A stretch of 18,667 bases of DNA from a bacterium (lineage in GTDB: Bacteria; SZUA-182; DTGQ01; JAFGSM01), in the NCBI GenBank assembly GCA_049472315.1, contig JBLIRN010000051.1, forward strand, positions 1-18,667, in the 5' to 3' direction. Of this stretch, positions 1 to 6,882 are shown in pieces. The position numbers were made by a program, and so were the translations under genes. The notes beneath the pieces were generated by a model. It ran no database searches and was not told where the DNA came from. It was given only the letters and a program-made list of their open reading frames with translations. Each line of letters opens with the position of its first letter. Position 1 is the first letter of the stretch.

Positions 1-281
1 CCGCCTGCGGCATCTCCTCCATCAGCGGCTCCGATGGTGCCTCTCCCGCTTCCGCACCCGCCGCCTCCGGCCCCGCTGCCTCCTCAGGCAACTCCTCAAC
101 CGGACTGATCTCGATCCCCTCCAGCACATCCTCGAAACCGGCAAACGGCTCCTGCGCCGTCTCCTCCTGCCCCGCCTCCGCCTGTGCTTCCGGTATCTCC
201 GCTCCCGCCTGCGGCATCTCCTCCATCAGCGGCTCCGATGGTGCCTCTCCCGCTTCCGCACCCGCCGCCTCCGGCCCCGCT
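1..281. repeat. Exact 77-bp direct repeat (1-77 = 205-281), period 204 nt = 68 codons
   Basis: Direct base comparison. The period is a multiple of 3, so the linker peptide is repeated in frame. The repeat likely continues beyond the left edge. Confidence 0.95.
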
Positions 282-703
282 CCGCCGGAAAGATTCTTGG
301 TGAGGGGATCCGAGGCAGCGGACTGTTTTGCCATGAAATATTGAACCGTGCTGAGTAATTTTGAGGATTCAAGAGGAACGCCGAGTACCTTATCCGCCTT
401 GCATCCCTTTTCCAGGGACTCCACGTGTTCATCGCTCTCATCTTCAGTCTTTTTGACGAGTACAATGAGGGGCAGTTGCGCAAATGTCTCATCCGATTTT
501 ATTTCGTTACACAGGGAAATACCGTTTCCTTCTTGCATATCGCGGTCTATAATAAGGAGATCGGGACCCTGTGATTTCATGGATTGCCTGAAATCATCGA
601 TATCATTGGCAGGGATGATCTCATAGTCCGTATCGGTCAAATTCCATTCGACTTCCTTTAGGATGGTGATACTGCTGCTCCCAAGGATTATTTTTTTGCT
701 CAT
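1..703 (-). CDS. Atypical response-regulator receiver domain followed by an Ala/Glu/Pro-rich repetitive linker (RomR-like architecture); runs off the left edge
   Basis: Manual translation from ATG at 703 gives an open frame to position 1: MSKKIILGSSSITILKEVEWNLTDTDYEIIPANDIDDFRQSMKSQGPDLLIIDRDMQEGNGISLCNEIKSDETFAQLPLIVLVKK...ADKVLGVPLESSKLLSTVQYF, then AGPEAAGAEAGEAPSEPLMEEMPQA repeats. PDLLIID..M..GNG..LC..IK...LPLIVL is a receiver pattern. A strong RBS (AAAGGAGGGGGAGGT) lies upstream on the minus strand. Absent from the ORF track because there is no stop in the window. Confidence 0.85.
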   Translation of the reverse strand, partial: MSKKIILGSSSITILKEVEWNLTDTDYEIIPANDIDDFRQSMKSQGPDLLIIDRDMQEGNGISLCNEIKSDETFAQLPLIVLVKKTEDESDEHVESLEKGCKADKVLGVPLESSKLLSTVQYFMAKQSAASDPLTKNLSGGAGPEAAGAEAGEAPSEPLMEEMPQAGAEIPEAQAEAGQEETAQEPFAGFEDVLEGIEISPVEELPEEAAGPEAAGAEAGEAPSEPLMEEMPQA

Positions 704-833
704 ACCTCCCCCTCCTTTCAAATTGAGGTAATGGTATCAATAGATCAGGCAAAAATCAAGGTTTAATTATCTGTGTATATGTGATATATTTGTTTTTTTG
801 AATCACGTTATACCTCTTTAATAAAAATCGGTA

Positions 834-1595
834 ATGTTGAAGAAAAGGCTTAGAGATATCCTGGAAAAGGTGAACAACGGTCACCTGTCCGTTGACAAGG
901 CCATGGAGGAACTCCGTTTTTTCCCCTATGAACGGATATCCCATGCCCGGGTTGATCACCATCGCTGCCTGAGGACCGGCATCCCGGAAGCCATTCTCTG
1001 CACAGGCAAGAGTATTGACCAGGTAAAATCCATAGCGCGGAATATCCTGGAACGCGGCGGAAATCTTCTGGCCACCCGGGCTGATGAGGCAGTCTACCGG
1101 GCACTGAAGGATCTGGATGATCGGGTGATCCACCATCCGGTCGCCCGCATGATCACCCTCATCCAGGAACCGTGTACCGAGACGGAGGGACTGGTGGTGA
1201 TCATTACCGCCGGAACAGGTGACATTCCGGTCGCGGAAGAGGCGAAGGTCACCTGCAATGCCTTGGGCAGCCGCGTGGACACCCTCTATGATGTTGGGGT
1301 CGCAGGAATTCACCGCCTCCTGGATGAGGAGCAGATGCTTTTCAAGGCTCGGGTGATCTGCGTGGTTGCAGGCATGGAGGGGGCGCTGGCGAGCATTGTG
1401 GGCGGTATCATCGAATGTCCGGTTATTGCAGTTCCTACAAGCGTGGGTTATGGCGCCCAGTTTCAGGGCCTTGCCGCCCTCCTCACCATGATAAACTCCT
1501 GCACCCCGGGCGTGGCGGTGGTCAACATCGACAATGGATTCGGCGCCGGATGTCTGGCTCATAAGATCAACAGCATCGGCGAGACCAGGAGGTAG
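834..1595 (+). CDS. larB: Nickel-pincer (NPN) cofactor biosynthesis protein LarB (PurE/AIR-carboxylase-like)
   Basis: Motifs ARVDHHR..RTGIPE, TAGTGDIPVAEEA, DVGVAGIHRL, VAGMEGALAS, PVIAVPTSVGYGA, NSC.PGVAVVNIDNGFGA. Confidence 0.95.
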   Translation: MLKKRLRDILEKVNNGHLSVDKAMEELRFFPYERISHARVDHHRCLRTGIPEAILCTGKSIDQVKSIARNILERGGNLLATRADEAVYRALKDLDDRVIHHPVARMITLIQEPCTETEGLVVIITAGTGDIPVAEEAKVTCNALGSRVDTLYDVGVAGIHRLLDEEQMLFKARVICVVAGMEGALASIVGGIIECPVIAVPTSVGYGAQFQGLAALLTMINSCTPGVAVVNIDNGFGAGCLAHKINSIGETRR

Positions 1596-1600
1596 ACCCC

Positions 1601-2800
1601 GTGAACATCCTCTTTGCGGATTGTTTCTCGGGAATAAGCGGAGACATGTTCCTTTCGGCGCTCATTGATCTTGGCGTGGAAAGGGAGTGGTTATCCGAAT
1701 CTCTTTCATCCCTCGGACTTCCTCCCTTCTCCCTCGAGGTCGCAGCGGTCAGAAAGGGGGCGATCCAGTGCACCCAATGCAGGGTCATTGACAGGGGTGG
1801 CCACCCGGTCGAAAGGGGCCTTCGGGAAATCACCGGCATGATCGAAGAAAGCCCCCTCAAGCCATCCATCAAGGAACAGGCCGTGCGTCTCTTCAGGGTC
1901 CTGGCTGAAGCAGAGGCAACAATACACGGCATCCCCATCGAGAAGGTTCATTTCCACGAACTAGGCGCACTTGATGCGCTGGTGGAGATCATCGGGGTGC
2001 TCCTCGGCTACGATCACCTGGGAATCGATGCACTGTTCGTTTCCCCGCTTCCCCTCGGTCGCGGCGTCATTTCCACCCGGCACGGGCCCATTCCCGTTCC
2101 GTCGCCCGCTACCGCGGCACTGCTTAAAAATGTCCCCGTCATCCATACCGGACTCGATGCAGAACTGGTAACCCCCACCGGTGCACTCCTGGCAACGCAG
2201 CTTGCGCAGGGGTTCGGCATGCCTCCGCAGATGAGGATACAGGGTATTGGATATGGGGCAGGCGAACGCGACCTGCCTGCGCAGCCCAACTGTCTGAGGC
2301 TTATTCTTGGGGAAACGGATGGGGAGTATGAAGAGGAATCCATCGAGGTCCTGGAATGCGACATCGATGACATGAACCCGGAGTTCTATCCGCACCTTAC
2401 GGAACGTCTTTTCAATGCCGCCGCCCTGGATGTCACCCTCTGCCAGATCATCATGAAAAAGGGTAGGCCCGGCACCAGGGTGACCGTGCTGAGCCAGATT
2501 CACACCACTCCCCGACTCGTCGATATCCTTCTGGCCGAGTCATCCACTCTCGGGGTTCGTATCCATCGGGTGACGAGGTCCAGGGCATCCAGGCGGATCG
2601 TGGAGATTCAGACGGCATATGGACCGGTGAGGGTGAAGTGCGCATGGAGGGATAACACGATCCTCACCATTTCACCCGAATATGAAGATTATTCAGAAAT
2701 TTCCCGAAGATATAATAGGCCGGCTAAATCTATCTACCAGGAGATCATGTCAGAGGCCCTGAAACAGGTCAAAAATCTTGTAGACAATCGGGAGATATGA
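1601..2800 (+). CDS. larC: Nickel insertase LarC (single uninterrupted ORF)
   Basis: Motifs DCFSGISGDMFL, AEA.IHG....VHFHELGALD, HG.IPVP.PAT, ELVTPTGA, GYGAG, IDDMNPE, MKKGRPG, ESSTLGVR, PEYED. GTG start with RBS AGGAGG at 1588-1593, 5 nt after the larB stop. Confidence 0.95.
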   Translation: MNILFADCFSGISGDMFLSALIDLGVEREWLSESLSSLGLPPFSLEVAAVRKGAIQCTQCRVIDRGGHPVERGLREITGMIEESPLKPSIKEQAVRLFRVLAEAEATIHGIPIEKVHFHELGALDALVEIIGVLLGYDHLGIDALFVSPLPLGRGVISTRHGPIPVPSPATAALLKNVPVIHTGLDAELVTPTGALLATQLAQGFGMPPQMRIQGIGYGAGERDLPAQPNCLRLILGETDGEYEEESIEVLECDIDDMNPEFYPHLTERLFNAAALDVTLCQIIMKKGRPGTRVTVLSQIHTTPRLVDILLAESSTLGVRIHRVTRSRASRRIVEIQTAYGPVRVKCAWRDNTILTISPEYEDYSEISRRYNRPAKSIYQEIMSEALKQVKNLVDNREI

Positions 2801-2806
2801 TACTAT
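2778..2806 (+). promoter_or_regulatory. Putative sigma70 promoter for galT overlapping the larC stop codon
   Basis: TTGTAG (2778-2783), 17 nt, TACTAT (2801-2806), with TG at 2798-2799 giving an extended -10. Confidence 0.5.
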
Positions 2807-2888
2807 AGGCCGCATTTGGGCGATAATACATTCTATTATTCAAAAGGTTATGCGAAGCGAGCTGACACGAGGTTAGGAGAACGGATAT

Positions 2889-3887
2889 ATGCCTGAGCTG
2901 CGAAAAGATCCCATTATCGGACGCTGGGTTATCATTGCAACCGAACGGGCCAGAAGACCTTCAGACTTCAAATCCTCAGATGAAATCAAAAAACCGGGAT
3001 TCTGCCCCTTCTGCAACGGCAACGAAGATAAGACCCCACCCGAGGTCTATTCCTTGCGCAATCCCAATACCGCCAGGGATACCCCGGGATGGTCCGTCCG
3101 CGTGGTTCCCAATAAATTCCCCGCCCTCGAAATCGAGGGGGATCTCAACAAGCAGGGTGAAGGGGTGTATGATCGAATGAATGGGGTCGGCGCCCATGAA
3201 GTGATCATAGAAACACCCAATCACGATTCCAGCCTTGCAGACCTTTCGCTTCCTGAGATCGCAAATGTCATCAGGGCATTCCGTATACGGATCCTGGACC
3301 TGAAACAGGACAATCGATTCAAATATATGCTGATCTTCAAAAATCATGGAAGTGCCGCGGGTGCATCACTGGATCATACGCACTCCCAGCTCATCGCACT
3401 CCCCATCGTGCCCAAAAGGGTTTCAGAGGAGATTCAGGGCGCAAAGACCTACTATCTCTATAAGGAGCGGTGCGTATTCTGTGACATCATCCAGCAGGAG
3501 AAAAAGGAAAATATCCGGGTGATCAACGAGAATGAGCACTTTATCTGCATTGCCCCCTTTACGTCGCGATTTCCCTTTGAATCCTGGGTACTTCCCAAGA
3601 CCCACGACATCTATTTTGAGGATATCAACGATAACGAGATCGATTCACTTGCGTGGATCATGAAGGATATCCTGAACAGGATGAAGGTTGTCCTGAACGA
3701 TCCCCCGTACAACTTTCTCCTGCATTCCTCGCCCTTCTATGAAAGGGACATCACCTTCTACCACTGGCACATCGAAATCATTCCGAAGCTTACCAAGGTG
3801 GCGGGATTTGAGTGGGGCACCGGTTTCTACATCAATCCCACCCCCCCGGAAGATGCCTGTGTTTTTTTGAAGGAGGCCAAGGTCTAA
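2889..3887 (+). CDS. galT: Galactose-1-phosphate uridylyltransferase (GalT) family protein
   Basis: MPELRKDP..GRWVIIA.ERARRP, CPFC, VRVVPNKFPAL, G.HEVIIETP.H, FKNHG..AGASLDHTHSQ (HxHxQ active site), second CVFC, HWH.EI.P, AGFEWGTG. RBS AGGAG at 2875-2879. Confidence 0.9.
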   Translation: MPELRKDPIIGRWVIIATERARRPSDFKSSDEIKKPGFCPFCNGNEDKTPPEVYSLRNPNTARDTPGWSVRVVPNKFPALEIEGDLNKQGEGVYDRMNGVGAHEVIIETPNHDSSLADLSLPEIANVIRAFRIRILDLKQDNRFKYMLIFKNHGSAAGASLDHTHSQLIALPIVPKRVSEEIQGAKTYYLYKERCVFCDIIQQEKKENIRVINENEHFICIAPFTSRFPFESWVLPKTHDIYFEDINDNEIDSLAWIMKDILNRMKVVLNDPPYNFLLHSSPFYERDITFYHWHIEIIPKLTKVAGFEWGTGFYINPTPPEDACVFLKEAKV

Positions 3888-4154
3888 TCCCTTTCTCCCT
3901 TTCCTCTCCTCTTCGGTTCACATAAAAGGATCCGTGCCATCTTTCCCTTTTTGCCGTCCCCATTCTCATCGGGCTCCTCTTTCTTCCCTGTTTATGCTGC
4001 AGTGAGAGATATGTTGCATGGAATGTTTCAAAACAAGGATACTCTGTTACTGTATTGCGCAACACGAATAAAAAGCATTTTAAAATATCATAAAATTTAT
4101 GTTCTTTTGTTACTTATAACCACAATTATAACGATCGCCATATTCCCCCCCACC

Positions 4155-4172
4155 CTGGTACCAATTATGCTT
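4155..4172 (+). promoter_or_regulatory. Putative sigma54 (-24/-12) promoter
   Basis: CTGGTACCAATTATGCTT: GG at 4157-4158 and GC at 4169-4170 with exactly 10 nt between (consensus TGGCAC-N5-TTGCW). An AT-rich tract and TGTTNC motifs lie upstream. Confidence 0.6.
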
Positions 4173-4185
4173 ATATAAGAATTTA

Positions 4186-4408
4186 AGCGAGTTCGAAAGA
4201 ATTAATTTTCTGATAAAGAAAAGCAACTCACTATCATGTTTTAAGGATTCGAAGCTCGCTGCATCAATCAGGTATTAGATCTTTCACATAACTCAATCAC
4301 CTCGACGAACACTGCCATTCGATTTGTGTATTATCTCGATTATCGAATCGAAAATCGACTCCTCAACGGGTTCGTCTGAGAGGGGGGGGTGATACTATTA
4401 ATCATCAC
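4186..4408 (+). other. Predicted structured 5' leader (two long imperfect stem-loops)
   Basis: AGCGAGTTCGAA (4186-4197) pairs with TTCGAAGCTCGCT (4248-4260, one bulge), with inner TGATA/TATCA. CTCGACGAAC (4301-4310) pairs with GTTCGTCTGAG (4370-4380), with inner ATTCGAT/ATCGAAT (4317-4323/4342-4348). I do not recognise it as a known RNA family. Confidence 0.45.
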
Positions 4409-4470
4409 TGTAATGGCACAGCCACTGTACCATAACAATTCAATGTATCTATGGTTAGGAGGGGATAACA

Positions 4471-5121
4471 ATGTCAAGGAAATTAATGGTAACAGCAATA
4501 GCAATCATGTCTATCCTGATGTTTGCACTTTTTGTGACTTCTTCACCGGTTCTGGCTCAAGAGCCCGATCGTACTGCCTCATGGCATGAAACCACTTATG
4601 GTACCGACGCCTGGGGGGGAACCTGGATGATGGGGCAATTCGGACCGGATGTGGGCATTGGCGAACAGGGAACGGTGTATGAGTACACGGATCCCCGCAC
4701 CGGAACCTATGTCAGTTACTCGAGCGTGGGCATGGGAGCGGGACTCGGCGGTGCGATGATGGGGTATGGCGGTATGTTCAGCCCCCTGGCGCAGGCGTCA
4801 TACGGACCCTATGCTGGCGGACAAAGGCCGCAGATTGGTGCGACCCTCGGCTATGACACCCAGGGCTATCTTTCCGGATCTGCTTGGGGCAACAATACAA
4901 GCTACTATCAGGCCCAGGCAAATCCCTTTGCCCAGATGATGTTTGGGATGATGGGTATGCTGGGCGGCGGCTATGGTTACGGCGGTTACGGTGGCTATGG
5001 CGGCTATGGCGGCTATGGTGGCTATGGTGGATTCGGCGGCTATGGTGGATTCGGCGGATTTTCTCCTTTCGGTTATAGCGGAGTCTCAGCCGGTAGCGGT
5101 TACCCGACGGTGATGTGGTAA
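4471..5121 (+). CDS. Secreted Gly/Tyr/Met-rich low-complexity protein with nine tandem GG[Y/F] repeats; function unknown
   Basis: RBS AGGAGGGG at 4457-4464; Sec-type signal peptide (MSRK, hydrophobic core, VLA|Q); repeats at 4981-5061; terminator downstream. Confidence 0.85.
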   Translation: MSRKLMVTAIAIMSILMFALFVTSSPVLAQEPDRTASWHETTYGTDAWGGTWMMGQFGPDVGIGEQGTVYEYTDPRTGTYVSYSSVGMGAGLGGAMMGYGGMFSPLAQASYGPYAGGQRPQIGATLGYDTQGYLSGSAWGNNTSYYQAQANPFAQMMFGMMGMLGGGYGYGGYGGYGGYGGYGGYGGFGGYGGFGGFSPFGYSGVSAGSGYPTVMW

Positions 5122-5193
5122 TCGGTAATCAGGCACACTGATCTGACATGCACGTGTCACACGAATTGAGGTTGTGAACATGCCGTTCAACGT

Positions 5194-5237
5194 GAATGCC
5201 GGGCCCCCGGCACAAGGGGCCCGGCATTCTGTTTTCC
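5194..5237 (+). terminator. Intrinsic terminator hairpin between convergent genes
   Basis: Perfect 14-bp stem GAATGCCGGGCCCC (5194-5207) / GGGGCCCGGCATTC (5216-5229), 8-nt loop, followed by TGTTTT on the + strand. Confidence 0.85.
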
Positions 5238-5246
5238 TGCGTTTCT

Positions 5247-6341
5247 CTATCTCGGGAACGCCCTGAATGCCTCCTCGAGAAACACCAGAAATCGATCGGA
5301 CTCCACATCGACATCCTCCCGTATGCGAAGCTGGATCTGGTCCGTGCCCCCCTCCTTCTTCTTGACAAAGACACAACTCGGCAACTCTGCTTCCTCGATC
5401 AGCATCTCCTCGCTGTCAATCCGCTCGATCTTCAGTGTTTTCGCAATGTCATCCGCGCTGAAGGTATCTTCCCTGACGGCGAAATCAAGCCTGAGCATTT
5501 CGGGGGCGGTTCCCACATAAAGCCAGTCGGCATTATTGATGCGGTAGATGATGTAACTCTTCTGTTCCCATAGGGGGTCCTCCACCTCGAAATGCTCCCT
5601 GAGCACCCTCTCCAGCTTCACGCAGATCTCTTTTGTCCGAGGGCTGCACCGCTTGTCGAGGTGCCACGACCTCCACTGGGCATCAGGGGTGTTTGCTACC
5701 GGCTCCATTGCCTCCGGTTCTTGCTCCTCGGCCGCGGAGATGCCGCTTCGCTCGGTCGGGACGAGGATATCAGGTTGGATCAGTATGGTCCCCTCGTCCT
5801 TGAATGCCTGCAATTCCACAACCGTGACATCGATGGTGTGCTTTCGAAGCCACAGGGAATAGGTGATGAGACTGTCGCCGATGAGGGAACCGGTCACGAT
5901 AATTCTCTGTTCCTGATTTATCGGGGGTATCTTCTTTAACCCCGCATCCTTACAAAACTCCGCGAATACCTGATTGAAATCAAAGCCGGGATCCCCTCCC
6001 CTCCCCAAAAAGCCCTTGGCCAGGGTCTCGAATTCCTTCGGCATCCACTTTGCAAGGTGCGCGGCGTATCTGAGCGATCTGATATCGAGTGATTCCCGGT
6101 CAAGGGAGCGCTTGACCTCCACAAGCACGGCATTCCCTTTCACATCGAGCGCTAAAAAATCAACCTTGTCCTCCGCGGTTTGCATAACCACCTGTCTTCC
6201 AATCAACAAGAGCGGCTCACCGAGGAGCTGGGGAGTTTCGGCAATCTTATCATCGATAAAGCCCTCAAGTATATTCCCTTCCCTGATCCGGTTCTCTTGT
6301 GATAATCTCTTTCCCCTCTGCGCAATCTTCAGGATCGCCAT
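5247..6341 (-). CDS. NucS/DUF91-like PD-(D/E)XK endonuclease domain with a C-terminal DUF5655-like domain
   Basis: E..LE.FI...P.LLGEPLLLIGRQ, VDFLALD.KGNAVLVEVKR (D...ExK), LRYAA, QRIIV; acidic linker; C-terminal WEQKSYIIYR segment. Domain names are recalled from motif resemblance. Confidence 0.75.
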   Translation of the reverse strand: MAILKIAQRGKRLSQENRIREGNILEGFIDDKIAETPQLLGEPLLLIGRQVVMQTAEDKVDFLALDVKGNAVLVEVKRSLDRESLDIRSLRYAAHLAKWMPKEFETLAKGFLGRGGDPGFDFNQVFAEFCKDAGLKKIPPINQEQRIIVTGSLIGDSLITYSLWLRKHTIDVTVVELQAFKDEGTILIQPDILVPTERSGISAAEEQEPEAMEPVANTPDAQWRSWHLDKRCSPRTKEICVKLERVLREHFEVEDPLWEQKSYIIYRINNADWLYVGTAPEMLRLDFAVREDTFSADDIAKTLKIERIDSEEMLIEEAELPSCVFVKKKEGGTDQIQLRIREDVDVESDRFLVFLEEAFRAFPR

Positions 6342-6638
6342 GATACGTAAGCCCCCCTACTGATTTTGAATCACACCTTCACAATGTATGCCGATCTGAA
6401 CGAGCGGTTCCATGAAGCCATACGATGCACCATGCGTACGGGTTGATACCCGCCAATTGTTGATGAATTATAAATTTTTCTAAAAATTACCAAGGCATGG
6501 CAATAATGTCAAGTGCGAGTGCAGGGACGAGTGCAGGGGGCAGAAGCAAGTGCAATCTCGACATTGCATCGAAGCGGGTTGATATGTTTACGGAGCGATG
6601 TGGGGAGGGTTTGGGGGATTCCCGAAGCAGGCCTTACA

Positions 6639-6802
6639 GGTGGCCGGAGGGGCTGCGTAGTGGCTCCGCTTCGCTCCGCCCTAATAAAGGTTGGTCCAGG
6701 ATCTTTGGGTGACCGGAGGGGCAACATAGTGGCTCCGCTTCGCTCCGCCCTGACAAAGTTTGGTGTGTGGCTCCGCTTCGCTTCGCCCTAATAAAGGTTG
6801 TT
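6639..6802. repeat. Three degenerate direct repeats (36-nt core GTGGCTCCGCTTCGCTCCGCCCTAATAAAGGTTGGT), REP-like
   Basis: Cores at 6660-6695, 6729-6764 and 6767-6802. Copies 1 and 2 also share a 21-nt 5' extension (GGTGRCCGGAGGGGC...; 6639 and 6708; period 69 nt). Confidence 0.9.
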
Positions 6803-6882
6803 CGGGCAGTGCCGTTGTAGTATCCTGATTGCATGTAATCCCGCGTCTTGTAACGAATGAAGGTTTTTTAGAGGTCTCTACC

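Noticed and set aside
226..626. Track ORFs 226-492 (-) and 348-626 (+)
   Set aside because: Alternative frames of the receiver-domain gene starting at 703.
756..1562. 268-aa minus-strand ORF
   Set aside because: Antisense shadow of larB.
3951..4589. Small ORFs 3951-4178 and 4389-4589
   Set aside because: Non-ATG starts and no recognisable motifs; they overlap the promoter region or the GGY gene. A G8-tract-linked uORF at 4389 cannot be excluded but has no support.
4471..5121. RiPP precursor interpretation of the GGY protein
   Set aside because: It has a Sec signal peptide, and no modification enzymes or transporter are nearby.
6396..6411. LexA/SOS box CTGAACGAGCGGTTCC upstream of uvrA and the nuclease
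   Set aside because: The spacing is GAAC-N5-GTTC, not the N4 of the Gram-positive box, and it does not convincingly match other LexA boxes I know.
6660..6802. CRISPR array
   Set aside because: Only three repeats; one interval is 2 nt and the other is homologous to the upstream flank; no cas genes or clear leader.
6829..6882. Track start of uvrA at 6829
   Set aside because: TTG start without an RBS; ATG 6883 has GAGGT 7 nt upstream and lies just before the first conserved motif.
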